In this document: piece by piece, positions 14,400 through 26,460 of the stretch
Numbering within the stretch: position 1 is the stretch's first letter
Layout of the letters: each line of letters begins with the position of its first letter
Source: Eledone cirrhosa
Taxonomy: Eukaryota
Length of the DNA: 64,000 nt
Direction: 5' to 3'
NCBI GenBank assembly: GCA_964016885.1
Contig: OZ024741.1
Location: 378,510,001 to 378,574,000 of the forward strand
The notes under the pieces: generated by a model
What the model saw: the letters and a program-made list of their open reading frames with translations, nothing else
Database searches by the model: none
What the model was told of the DNA's origin: nothing
Position numbers and translations under genes: made by a program

Positions 14400-15255
14400 C
14401 GTAAAGCTGAAAGAGTAAAGTTATGGAAGGATTATTTTGCTCAGTAACTTGTACAGTCGGCACAAAACAACAAGTCTAGAGCTGGGTATTGTACCAACAG
14501 ACTATGGAAAGTATGTAAAAAGAATGAGCTACTTGGAAACTGCCAAAAGAACTTCAGATCTAAGCTGTACACAGGAGTGATAAGTGGAACCCATTAACTG
14601 TTATATATGGCACAACTTATACTGGTGACATTTCTGCTATCAAATACTATTGATCAATCTCTAGAACTTCTTCATATAGTCGAATTCCCTTCCAGGAAAA
14701 TTGGGCTACACATAAATTTTACCAACACAGAGTTAACGTTGCTAATCGAAGAAGGTGGAAATCTGGTCTCACTGGATGGTAGAATACTAAATCGAATTGA
14801 TGATTCTCTATATTTGGGCAGCTGGATGAGTTCCTCAAATAAGAACATTGGCATTAGAATTTCGAAAGTCTAGGCTGCAAGGAAAACTATTGAAAATGTA
14901 TGGAAGTCATATCTAGCCAGAACAATTAACATAGCATTCCATGGTGCATCATATGAGCCAATGGTGTCGTGTGACTCAGGTACATAGCCCTGACACAGGG
15001 TGCATATATTAAAACGCTTATGTTTGTTTAGAATATATTGTCGTCAACGTATTACAAATGAATGTTTATACGGAAACGTGTTAAGGATAAACCTGTTCAA
15101 AAGAGGAAAACCTGTTCAAAACGTATTTGATCGATACTCAGACGATACAAACCTAAGTAGAAACCAATTTTTTAGAAGCAATAGAAAATAGTGAAATCTT
15201 GAGAGATGTTCACAAGGATTTTCGACTGTTGTTGCAATGTTGATGATGATGATGA
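14400..15255 (+). mobile_element. Degenerate RTE-clade LINE 3' fragment
   Basis: LLHIVEFPSRKIGLHINFTNTE and YLGSWMSSSNKNIGIRISKV*AARKTIENVWKS resemble the RTE RT C-terminus; (GAT)n tail at about 15240-15255. Confidence 0.6.
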
Positions 15256-15546
15256 ATCCCCTCACAATCGACATTTCTTCCAGAATCTAAAGGACTGGGT
15301 GTAGAATTTCACACCCTAATAATTTTCTTTGGCTGGAAAGTTTATCCTTTCTAGGACTTTTTGAGGCATTCTCAACGAATCTGACGTCGAGCTGAGGGAA
15401 AGGTGAGTCTCGGAAATCTCCTTGTTTCCTGGAATCTTTAACTATGCTTTCTCTCTTTCCGACGACTCTCATTGCCCAAACCACCGGAAAGTAGCCGTAA
15501 AATTGAAGACGTATAATCATTCAGTTATGATATATATATATATAGG

Positions 15547-15603
<57 letters not shown>

Positions 15604-15630
15604 GTGGGTATGTGTGTTTGTGTGTAATAA

Positions 15631-15663
<33 letters not shown>

Positions 15664-16466
15664 GTGTATATATATCGTAAATGAATGATTATACGTCTTC
15701 AATTTTACGGATGTACATCAGTGACATCGTATTCCTAATTTCTATTGAATAAATACTATCTTGTAAATATCAAGCTTATATATCATCACAAAAATAATAT
15801 AGGAAACATGACATTCTACAAAAACAATATAATTATGTTCAAAGGTGTTTTTGCAGAAAATTAAAAATATTATGTCGCCAAAGAACGATTTCACATATTA
15901 CACAACTTCAATCAACCAACGATCAGTAATGCTATTATATTCGGTGTTTATTATATTCATATATGACATGGCATGCAGTCTTCTACATATTGTTAATTTC
16001 CAAATATCAGGTATTACCTCTGCTTACGTATTTGAGATATCTTGTAATGACACTTACAAAGGGTTTACGGAAATCCTTTTCGCGTAATTCAGTGTTTTGT
16101 AACATAAATCAATACAGTTATTCCCCAAAATGTCAGAGTATATGGAGAATATGAATGTTTGCAAGTATTTATGGATACACATTAAACATATCTAACAGGA
16201 AATTTACAAAATCTTCATAATTTGTAAAAGTTCCAAGCAAATCGTTAATCGTTCTCATGTCCCCTTTTCCTCATAGATGTGATGTTTTAATTTAGGGAAG
16301 TATGCGGACTACGAATGATAGATCGGCTGTGAAAAGTATTTGCTGTATCACATGCACTGAAAGTAATATTGAACAGATGGTATATACAACATTTATGGTT
16401 ATGAAATAATGAAATACATTATGTACAAATATGAGTGACTAACATAGAGAAATAATATGCATTTAT

Positions 16467-16568
<102 letters not shown>

Positions 16569-17569
16569 AAAAATTCCGAAAATGTTCAAGTGACCGGTAC
16601 AATGGGGCAGGAAAGTACGAAGTACGAATCATGACCAGTAAAACGACAAAGTAATGTTTTACCTAATGCATTTTAGCAGAATTCTATTCAAATGCAAAGC
16701 TGAAGCTATCTAAATCAAAAAGTAACGAGCGATTGTTTTGCAGATTCCTACATGATTTTATGGAAGAATAATTCGATCGGTGGTTTTTTCTACATTTCAA
16801 CAATTTCTGGTTCTTATTTGAAATAAGGTTACTGTTCCAAAATATCATGCTAAAACACACTATAACTTTACGTAAGTTTGCTTTGTTTTATTCATCACAT
16901 GCCCTTCGAAGCATCGTGAGATGTGTAAGAAATGGCTTCGCTGATGAGTTTAGAATGCTGGTGCAATGCATTAGAATTGCATAACGTATAATGGATGCCA
17001 AATAAAACAAAACACAGTAAGATATTACAGCTATATTTCAACATGATATTTTACGGCAACTAATCTCTTTTCAAAAGTGAATCGAAAAAAGTTAAATACC
17101 AAAACGAACGATCGATGTGTTCTGTTTAACTTGTCTACACATCTTAAATAAATATGCGTGAAGCCCTTATAGTAGCCAGTCTGCTTCATGTATTTGCAAA
17201 CATTTTACAGTTACTGGTACTTTATTTTATTGAACCCGTCAGCAGGAAGTATCAGTTGAGCATGTTGTAGATATTCTATCCGCCTGTGAAGGAGGGTTCA
17301 CCGTCAATCATCACAAAGTAAGTTCGTTTGGATTGGGTCAGTTTATGGAATCGATAACTCATCAGTTCTCTAAACAATCAACTCTGTAGGAAACCGCTTT
17401 TGCATCATTATATATATATATATGTATATATAATATAATATCAAAAGATCGTATATATATATATATAATTAAAAGTTTAACAAGGTTCAATGAATTCATC
17501 AATGAGTGAAGTTTCACAATAGTTTATAAGCACTGTACAAAGGGGTTTTCTGGAGTTATTAATATTACT

Positions 17570-17908
17570 TCAAAATATTAATAAATATAGACATTCATGT
17601 GATCAAATATATTTTATTATACATATTTCAGAGATACTGAGCTATTTCAACAGTACGTCCTCATCAGATAAAATAAGTTGATGCTTGACATACCTTGACT
17701 ATGTTGATGGTTTTAATTTAGTCATGGCTAAATTATAACCATATAATTTAGTCATGAATAAATTATAACCATCAACATAGTCAAGGTATGTCAGGCATCA
17801 ACTTATTTTATCTGATGAGGCTGTACTGTTGAAATAGCTCAGTATCTCTGAAATATGTATAATAAAATATATTTGATAACATGACTGTTTATATTTATAA
17901 TATTTTGA
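17570..17908. repeat. Long near-perfect palindrome (about 155-bp arms) with a hammerhead-like core in each arm
   Basis: Arms are reverse complements; CTGATGA (17812) - stem GTACTG/CAGTAT - GAAA (17850); flanked by (TA)n. Confidence 0.85.
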
Positions 17909-17915
17909 TCAGTTA

Positions 17916-17983
<68 letters not shown>

Positions 17984-18050
17984 AAAGAATATAGTTTGAC
18001 ATGCTAAAATACCCCCTATTGCTTTCAGACACATTCTTACTGACCATCGA

Positions 18051-18109
<59 letters not shown>

Positions 18110-18181
18110 ATCTTAATAGCAATTTGACACACATCGCTGCTGGCCATTGTCGCAGCATCGAACACCTCACTACTACTACTA

Positions 18182-18237
<56 letters not shown>

Positions 18238-18280
18238 ACACACACACACATATTTGTTGTGAAAGAGTCACATTACTCAA

Positions 18281-18508
18281 TCTTGGCGCAAAACCAATTT
18301 TTTATCCACATGACCTCTACCGACCAATCAAAATTGTTTTGACCAAGAATTTTTGCTGGAGCCACTTTTTTAACATAAAAACAGTCTTGGCGCAAAATCA
18401 ACTTTTTACATTCGCATGACCTCTACCGACTAATCAAAATTGTTTTGACCACAAGCATTTTTGCAACACAAAAATAACGCTGGAGCCACTTTTTTAACAT
18501 AAAAACAG
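18281..18508. repeat. Tandem duplication, about 104/124-bp units
   Basis: TCTTGGCGCAAAA...CATAAAAACAG occurs twice. Confidence 0.85.
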
Positions 18509-18804
18509 GTAGAATTCCCAAAACTAATCAGATCAGAGCAAACAGCACGGACACTCTATCTCAAAATTATTTTTGAAAAGCATTTAGAAATGCGCAACCG
18601 GTAAAAACTAAAAAACTTAAAACCACAACTGAATACTAAGCCATACAATCACTAATACTCTTTTATTCCTAATTAAACCATTTTTCAACTGTGAACAATT
18701 TGTCAGCATTTTCTATTCCGTTTACCAATATATATATATATATATATTTCGTTTCTGAATTTGTTTAGCAAGATTCTTTATCTGAAATCGTGTGTTGAAA
18801 CCGA

Positions 18805-19031
18805 TATTGTTATACTTTGGGAGGGTCATGTTGCCAATAAGAAACACACGCACCAGCTGCTTTCACTTCAATTTATTATATATTTATAAATTTACAAATT
18901 TACAACCAACCAACCAGAAATGTGTAAATTTGTAAATTTGTAAATTTATAAATATATAATAAATTGAAGTGAAAGCAACTGGTGCGTGTGTTTCTTATTG
19001 GCAACATGACCCTCCCAAAGTATAACAATAT
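18805..19031. repeat. Inverted repeat, about 100-bp arms with a short spacer, between TA tracts
   Basis: ATATTGTTATACTTTGGGAGGGTCATG...TTTACAAATTTACA and its near-exact reverse complement. Confidence 0.9.
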
Positions 19032-19048
19032 ATATATATATATATATA

Positions 19049-19915
19049 TTGAGATAAGCAGAACAAGCAAAATTCAAACAATTTTTTAAAATAAATTAAA
19101 AAATATAATTTAAATATTTACCTACTCCAGTGCTTTTACCAATCGGTTTCGCTTCACAAAACATTAGAAATCCAAGGGACCTCCACGGGAAAAGTGAAGT
19201 TCATCAGGGAGCATTTTCCTTTCCTAGTACAAAAAGTCCCAGGAATGGCAAAATATATTGCCATCTGCTAGCTAGTACAGGATCGATTTAAAAAATTGTT
19301 TGAATGTTGCTTATTCTGGTTATCTCAATATTATAGTTCTAGTATGTCAAATTAATACCATTGAACAACCCTGTATCATAGACAACCTATATATTTCGAG
19401 GGGTACTTAGTACCCGTGGGCATATTAACTTCATTTAATATTCTCCGTTATGAAGAGAACAAATCTGTTGTTCTATTTGGCTGCTATTTTTAGTGGCGGT
19501 GTAGACAATACGTCTATGTTTACTTCCGCTTTTGCTACGGACTGGTTGAAGTATAGTTAAAATTTTGGCCTCATTCGATCCTGTACTAGCTAGCAGATGG
19601 CAATATATTTTGCCGTTTCTGGGATTTGTGTCCTAGGAAAGGAAAATGCTCTCTGATGAACTTCTCTTTTCCATTGGAGGTCCCTTGGATTTATAATGTT
19701 TTGTGAAGCGGAACCGATCGGTAAAAGCAATGGAGTAGGTAAATATTTAAATTATATTTTTTAATTTATTTTAAAAAATTGTTTGAATTTTGCTTGTTCT
19801 GCTTATCTCAATATTATAGTTCTGGTATGTCAAATTAATACCATTGAACAACCCTGTATCATAGATAACCTATATATTTCTACTGGTACTTAGTACCTGT
19901 AGGCATATTAGCTTC

Positions 19916-19920
<5 letters not shown>
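19049..19920 (+). mobile_element. Non-coding hammerhead repeat: inverted 5' piece plus about 1.3 tandem units of about 483 bp
   Basis: 19049-19286 is the reverse complement of about 19576-19811; 19287-19437 is directly repeated at about 19770-19920; no ORF; TA tracts on both sides. Confidence 0.8.
19131..19213 (-). ncRNA. Type I hammerhead ribozyme motif
   Basis: TGCTCC CTGATGA ACTTCAC...GTGAAGC GAAA CCGATTGG TA AAAGCA; the plus-strand copy at 19647-19729 has a perfect palindromic helix III (ACCGATCGGT) but GGAA in place of GAAA. Confidence 0.75.
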
Positions 19921-19973
<53 letters not shown>

Positions 19974-19975
<2 letters not shown>

Positions 19976-20083
19976 CGAGGGAAATGTGGTACGGAACCAG
20001 ATGGACCATAGCGCACCAAAGTACTCAATACCAGAATTAGCCATCGAAACGGATTGAGCTCAGCAGTCGGGGTCCTACTCGTT

Positions 20084-20179
<96 letters not shown>

Positions 20180-20343
20180 GGGTGAGGACTCCGATGGATG
20201 AACTCGGGCCGGCTTGACAGCTAGTTCCGGAGATCAGCCGTCGGGGTCCTGACTCGTTTTCTATTACCCACTCTACTACCCTAATTATCGAGTACTTTTT
20301 AGCGTTGTGACCCACCTGGTTCCTTACCACACTTTCTTTGTTT
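19974..20343 (+). mobile_element. Two short copies of the 10369-11523 family, each with an inverted 5' piece
   Basis: Share GAGCTCAGCCGTCGGGGTCCT and CTATTACCCACTCTACTACCCTAA with 11412-11465; 19974-20030 is the reverse complement of the family 3' tail. Confidence 0.7.
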
Positions 20344-20409
20344 ATTTATATATATATATATATATTTGATAACTTTAATCTGTTATTTTCATATATATAT
20401 GAACGTAAA

Positions 20410-20510
20410 AGATTTAAGATTAAGCAAAGAATCGCTGCTTTCCATTAACGCGACCTTCTGAAGATCCCGTCAAGGGTGAAAGCACCGATTCTTTGCTTGA
20501 ACTTTAATCT
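20410..20510 (+). repeat. Short fold-back with a hammerhead-like core
   Basis: 33-bp inverted arms; CTGAAGA TCCC GTCAA GGGT GAAA GCA...TGC TT at 20458-20498. Confidence 0.5.
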
Positions 20511-20613
20511 ATTATTTTTATAAATATTTGTTCTAGTGTTTTTTTATATATTTGATATATATGTAATCCTTATGGAGCCCCCTTTGGATTTTAGTCTTAA
20601 AATTTATTATTAT

Positions 20614-20703
<90 letters not shown>

Positions 20704-20841
20704 GTAACTGTTTTATTTAATATATATATATGTGTATATATATATATATATGTAAAGGTTTTATTTAATTTGTTGGGAAACAACACGCAAACTATTTTTA
20801 TAACTGATATAAAGCACTCAACAAATTATTGGAGTAAATAT

Positions 20842-21113
20842 ACAATATATTAACAAATGCAAACTATATTTATAAAACACTATTTATTTCATTATACATA
20901 TTTCAGACCAAATTACGGTGCGCTTTCATCAGATAAAATATAATATAAGTTAATTTTATATATAAAGTCTTTATCCTAGGATAAAGACTTTATATATAAA
21001 ATTAACTTATATTATATTTTATCTGATGAAAGCGCACCGTAATTTGGTCAGAAATATGTATAATGAAATACATAGTGTTTTATAAATATAGTTTGCATTT
21101 GTTAATATATTGT
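20842..21113. repeat. 272-bp spacer-less palindrome
   Basis: Centre CCT|AGG at 20977/20978; I count 2 mismatches in 136 pairs; each arm has CTGATGA...GAAA; a diverged direct copy lies at about 21325-21443. Confidence 0.95.
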
Positions 21114-21439
21114 CCTTTAGAGAAGAAGAGATCTTAAAGAATTCCATTATTTTTCAGTTATAATTTAAAGCGCTCGACAGTAAATTTAAATATACTCTTT
21201 TTAAACCTTTCCAACACTAATTGCATAATAAACCAAGAATAAATCTAATAACTCCACTATCCAGGAGATTCCAACCATAATGGTTACATTTTTTAAGGGT
21301 ATGTCAATATTTATTTTTAAAACTAACCTATATTATATCTTATCTCATAAAAGCGCACCATAGTTTGCTCTGGTGCCACTTGAAATATGTATAATGAAAT
21401 AAATATGGTTTTATAATTATGGTTTCCATTTATTAATAT

Positions 21440-21510
<71 letters not shown>

Positions 21511-21513
<3 letters not shown>

Positions 21514-22707
21514 CAGTCGGAATGCCATAAGTGGAGTAAATTCCCGAGCTGTGTCTATTATTAGGTACAGTGCGGGAATTCTGAGATGGAATGTTGCTGA
21601 ACAAAAAGAAATGGATAGGAAGACTAGGAAGCTATTGACTATCTACAACATGTTCCACAATAGGAGTGATGTTGATAGACACTACTTAAGGAGATCTGAA
21701 GGTGGAAGAGGCCTTATCAGCATAGAGGATAGTGTTCAGATGGAGAAAAACAACCTACACAAATACGTGACTGATAGTAAGGAGCCAATGCTCAGAATTG
21801 TACTGAAGGAGAGGACAATATACCAGGGGATGTCTTAGGAGGAAATAACAACAAGGAGACAGATCAGCCTTCATGAAAAATCCCTTCATAGTAGCTTCTT
21901 TGAGAAAACTGAATTCAGAGATCCACAGACATGGAACTGGTTGAAAAGAGGAGACCTTAAAAAGGCTACAGAAGGAATGCTAATGGCTGCGCAAGAGCAG
22001 GCCCTCAAAACGAAGTGGTTGAAACACCATATTTACAAGGAGGAGGCTAGCCCACTGTGCAGGATCTGTGGAGAGAGAGAGGAGACTGTGGCTCACATTG
22101 TATCCGAGTGTAAACACGTAGCCCAGACTCACTATAACGGCTGGAAACATGATGTGATGGACAGGGTGATCAACTGGCAGCTATGCAACGTAAACAATTT
22201 ACCACATTCTGAGAAGTGGTATGAGCATAAGCCAGAGTCAGTGATAGAAAACGATCAGGTGAAGGTGCTGTGGGATTTTAGGATACAGACGGACAAGAAA
22301 CTGGAACACAATAGACCTGACCTGGTGGTTTTGGACAAAGAAAAGAGATCGTGCCTGATTGTGGATTTGGCCTGCCCATTCGACACGAGAGTGCAAAAGA
22401 AGGAGAGGGCGAAAATTAACCGATACCAGGATTTAAAGTGGGAGGTAAAGAGGATTTGGAACTGCCATGAAGTCAAAGTGGTTCCGATTTTCATAGGCGC
22501 ACTAGGTACTATCTCAAAAAGTTTCCAGGGATGGTCAAAGAAAATTGGCCCCGCCACGCTTTTTGGAACGCTTCAAAGGTCATGCTTGTTGGGGACATCA
22601 AGAACCCTCCGATACGTCCTGAATATCTGAGGCTGCAGGTAGTGACTTGATATTCATTTCAACAAACTTTCCAGTTAACTAACATCAATGACTGAGTCTC
22701 AAGGAAC
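21511..22707 (+). mobile_element. 5'-truncated R4/Dong-clade non-LTR retrotransposon (restriction-like endonuclease)
   Basis: YLRRSEGGRGL, TEGMLMAAQEQAL, CCHC motif CRICGEREETVAHIVSEC, KHD, RPDLVV, VDLACP and KINRYQDL; one in-frame TAG at 21836; ORF ends 22630; short 3'UTR then (AAT)16. Confidence 0.85.
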
Positions 22708-22757
<50 letters not shown>

Positions 22758-23005
22758 TTTCTTAATTAACCACAAGGGTTTACATAAAGTAGACATTAAG
22801 GACAGTGCAGGACAATGCAGGACGGTACAAATGGGCATTTCTGCGTGTAAAAAACAAAAACAGAGGATGTAACAAAAAATAGCAATGAAAAATTCCCCAA
22901 TAGGGGGGAGACTTCGGAGGGACATTTGTGGAGAAAGCCCAGTAAAAAGCCACAATGACCCTGACCACCAAGGCAAGTGCCCTCTCCCAGTTTTCCACCT
23001 TTAAT

Positions 23006-26000
23006 TTACAGATATATGCTCAGAGTAGGCCCATTCACTCGGGCCATTCTTGCTTCTCTCACCCATCTTTTAACAAAATGCTGGGAAGAGAGCACTTCCC
23101 TCTCTACTCTGATTTTCCTTTTCAAATGAAATTTGAAAAAGTCAATCAGAGCATCACCGAAGAGGTAAGTGCTAGTCTTCAGCCCTTTCAAACGTGTCCA
23201 CCATACTATCTCTTTCGCCATGGCCACCAGGCAGATAAAAACTGCCTGCCCTTCCCGGCTAAAGGAGGAGGGCGGGGCAATCCTCACGATGGACTCAGAT
23301 GATAGCCGGATCCGTCCTAAACGCGACAGCAGGTGTTCGACATAAACCCACAAGTCAGCAATTTTCGGACACTGGACGAGTGCGTGCAGGACGGTTTCGT
23401 CGCCCTGCGCGCATCTCGGACATGCCCGGCTGACGGCACCTCCATGCCTGTAGAGTTTATCCCGAACTGGCAAGGCTCCTCGGTAGCACTGCCAGGCCAG
23501 AGATTTCTGGAAGTTGTCCATAGGCCCTGGCCCGAAAGTTCTTCCGAAGAGATTGGCTAGTTGATTTTCGTCGACGCCTAGAGTTTCCCCAAGTACGTCG
23601 TCGCTCTTCCCCTCCACTAATCCTCTATAGAACGCCGAGGTGGAGTTTCCACCGATCACATTGCCCGATTGGTCGAGGGCTGTGAGCGCCTGAAGACATT
23701 CCAGTCTCCAGGCGCTCCCTCTCGGTCTTCGCTTGATCCAGGACTGCAGCTCCGTCAAGGAAACGAGCTGGGGAAACACGCGTCTAGCAAACGGCGACCA
23801 CACCTGATCACCGTCGAGGAAGAGGTGGAGATGTCGTAGCCTGAGCGCGTGCCTGCGCATCATCAGCCACGGCATGCCCAGCCCTCCACGTAGCGGGTGT
23901 TGACAACAGATGGACCGCCTGACCATCGGAGCGCGTCCCTTCCACAAAAAGCGAAAGAGCAAACGCTCCAGCACAGTCAGGCGAGGCTTAGGACAAGGTA
24001 CGACGGTCAGGCGGTAGCAGATGACGGACGCGATGTACGCGTTAGCCACCTCCGCTCGACCTTTCAGGGATAGCTTCCTCTCGGCCCATTTCTGGGTGAG
24101 AGAAGCCACCCTGCTCGTCACCTCGTCCCAGTTTTTGTCCGTCTGGAGGTCCGGACCGAACCAGACCCCTAGCAATTTAACCGGTCCGTCCGTCCAGCGT
24201 CCGACGACGCTGTTGGACGGCATGGACCTGCCTCTCCAGGTGCCGAGCTGCAGGCCCACTGACTTTTCCTGGTTGATCATTGCTCCTGTCACCGCTTCGT
24301 ATTCTCTTAGTGTAGTGCCGATCGCCTCGATGTGTTTGGCGTTCGACACCACTACGGTGACATCGTCCGCATATGCTGATACGGATCTTCCGCATCCTAG
24401 TTCGCGCGGGACCCCCCTCAACGTCTCCAGTTTGTGCAGTAATGGCTCGAGAGTCAATACGTACAAGAGGGACGAGAGGGGACATCCTTGGCGGACCGAG
24501 CGCATGATGTTGAACGGTCCCGACAGGTGACCGTTCACTCTCACCACAGAGCAGATGTCGCTGTGCATGGCAGCGATCCAGCCTCTGAAGACGGGCCCAA
24601 AGCCAGCCGCCCTCAGGACTGCCGCTAGGTAACGATGGTCGACCCTATCGAAAGCTTTCGACTGATCTAAATTGATCAAGGACCAACCCGTGCCAGGTTC
24701 CCTAGCTACCCTCTCTACGATGTATCGCATGAGGTGGAGGTTGTCGTGGATGGATCTGTCGGGAATGGCGCATGTCTGCGCCTCTCCCACCAGACCACCA
24801 ACGACAAGCGCCAACCTCTTTGCTAGCACCTTGGCCAAAATCTTAAACTCTGTGTTTAGCAGAGTTATGGGCCGGAAATTTTCTATGTTATACCCCTTGT
24901 TCGGATCCTTTCTCAGCAGTGCCACCGCTCCTCGGCTCACAGAACTGGGAATTCTCCCGTTCTGTTGCCAGTTGCAGTAGACGTCCGCCAAGAGGCCTCC
25001 GAACAAGTCTGGCATCTGTACGTAAAGTTCATAGGGCAGACCATCCAAACCAGGCGATTTACCCCTTGTGCAGCCAGTCATTGCCTCCCTTACTTCAGCG
25101 GCTGTTATCGGCTTTTCGCAACACTTCGCCTCAGTGGCCGAGAGCCGCGGCAGTCCGTCGAGGTAGACACTAAAGTCCATCCCTCTACCCGGCCCACCGC
25201 TGCCCCCGAAGAGCTGAGCGAAGTGTCGCTGAAAAGCTTCACACATTTGCCCGGGATCGAGTAGCATGCGCCCGTCGTGGTCCACCAAAGACCGGATCGT
25301 GGCTTTGTTGCCACGACGCGCCTCCGCCACTCGGGCCCATTGAACGGCTTTCGTCCCCTCGTGTCTGAGAGCACGCACCCTTGCTCTGACAACGCAGCCT
25401 TCGTGCTTTGCATTGAAGAATTGGTCAAGGGCCAATTTCGCCGCAAGCACGTCGGTCGCAATGCCTTTGCTAAGCGCCTCGTCTAATTTTCTAACTAGTT
25501 CTCCCTCTGCTCTATTTTTCTCTATTGCTAAAGCCTTACTAAATCTAATCGATTCTATTCTAATCGCTCTTTTCAGAGCAAACCACCACTTGTTGTTGAC
25601 GATGGCCCCCGTCAACGTCCGCTTAACTAGTTCGCTAATCCGGTCTCTGTAGGCCTTGCGCGCTGGTAAGGACGCGTTTAGCTTCCAGTAGCCGGGTCCT
25701 CGTCTATGAAGCCTATCTAAGTCAAGCACACAGATCACGAATTTGTGGTCCGTGTAGCTGACTATCTTGAATTGTGGACAGCCTATGCTAGACCTATCTA
25801 TTTCCCTACAAAATACTCTATCTAGATATGATCTGGATGACCCTATGCGGTTTGTCCAAGTCCACATTGGCACATTCGGGAAATCCAATCGGTACCTGTC
25901 AGACAGTTCAAAACGCCTGAGCAGGTTGGTGAGGCTCTTGCACCCTCCACCCCTATCCGCTAATCCCACACAGTCCCAGCGTGCATCTAAGATCCCGTTC

Positions 26001-26425
26001 CAGTCGCCCACTAACACTAAAGAGCGCGACGTTCCAAGAAAGGTCTCCAGACGCCGGAAGAAATCAGGCCGCCCTGCTCCTGTCGGGGCATAGACGGCCA
26101 CTAGCCTGAAAGCTTGCCCGTCTCCGCTGGTCACGTCCAGCACCACCAGCTTACCCTCTGGGTCCAGGAAGATGGCCCGTATGGCGAGATCCAAACCTCT
26201 CCGAAAAAGTACAGCAACTCCTCCACCGGATCCAGGACGGCTGGGAGATGCGTACACATCGTAGCCGCCGAAGATCGGTGCGAAGGCCCGTGCTTCGGAG
26301 ATTCTGGTCTCGCTGATGGCCACTACATCTATGTTTAGTGACCTGAGGTCGTTGAGCAGGTGACCCTGCTTCCATGACGACCCCAAGCCACGCGCATTTA
26401 TGCTGCCTATTCTGAGTGAGGTCAT
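23006..26425 (-). CDS. ORF2: apurinic-like endonuclease + reverse transcriptase + zf-RVT (Tx1-type), 1139 aa
   Basis: SINARGL, AISETR, VYAP, GDWN, YLDRVF, TDH (APE); KSPGLDG, FRPITLLN, DQSKAFDRV, VRQGCPLS, AYADD (RT); CPRC...ETVLHALVQC. Confidence 0.95.
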   Translation of the reverse strand: MTSLRIGSINARGLGSSWKQGHLLNDLRSLNIDVVAISETRISEARAFAPIFGGYDVYASPSRPGSGGGVAVLFRRGLDLAIRAIFLDPEGKLVVLDVTSGDGQAFRLVAVYAPTGAGRPDFFRRLETFLGTSRSLVLVGDWNGILDARWDCVGLADRGGGCKSLTNLLRRFELSDRYRLDFPNVPMWTWTNRIGSSRSYLDRVFCREIDRSSIGCPQFKIVSYTDHKFVICVLDLDRLHRRGPGYWKLNASLPARKAYRDRISELVKRTLTGAIVNNKWWFALKRAIRIESIRFSKALAIEKNRAEGELVRKLDEALSKGIATDVLAAKLALDQFFNAKHEGCVVRARVRALRHEGTKAVQWARVAEARRGNKATIRSLVDHDGRMLLDPGQMCEAFQRHFAQLFGGSGGPGRGMDFSVYLDGLPRLSATEAKCCEKPITAAEVREAMTGCTRGKSPGLDGLPYELYVQMPDLFGGLLADVYCNWQQNGRIPSSVSRGAVALLRKDPNKGYNIENFRPITLLNTEFKILAKVLAKRLALVVGGLVGEAQTCAIPDRSIHDNLHLMRYIVERVAREPGTGWSLINLDQSKAFDRVDHRYLAAVLRAAGFGPVFRGWIAAMHSDICSVVRVNGHLSGPFNIMRSVRQGCPLSSLLYVLTLEPLLHKLETLRGVPRELGCGRSVSAYADDVTVVVSNAKHIEAIGTTLREYEAVTGAMINQEKSVGLQLGTWRGRSMPSNSVVGRWTDGPVKLLGVWFGPDLQTDKNWDEVTSRVASLTQKWAERKLSLKGRAEVANAYIASVICYRLTVVPCPKPRLTVLERLLFRFLWKGRAPMVRRSICCQHPLRGGLGMPWLMMRRHALRLRHLHLFLDGDQVWSPFARRVFPQLVSLTELQSWIKRRPRGSAWRLECLQALTALDQSGNVIGGNSTSAFYRGLVEGKSDDVLGETLGVDENQLANLFGRTFGPGPMDNFQKSLAWQCYRGALPVRDKLYRHGGAVSRACPRCAQGDETVLHALVQCPKIADLWVYVEHLLSRLGRIRLSSESIVRIAPPSSFSREGQAVFICLVAMAKEIVWWTRLKGLKTSTYLFGDALIDFFKFHLKRKIRVEREVLSSQHFVKRWVREARMARVNGPTLSIYL

Positions 26426-26460
26426 GTTTAAAATAGAGTGGAAAAGATGGGAAAGACCAC

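Noticed and set aside
16790-17100. Degenerate inverted arms with a CTGATGAG in the middle
   Set aside because: Low arm identity and no GAAA/helix III partner; possibly an old MITE but not supportable
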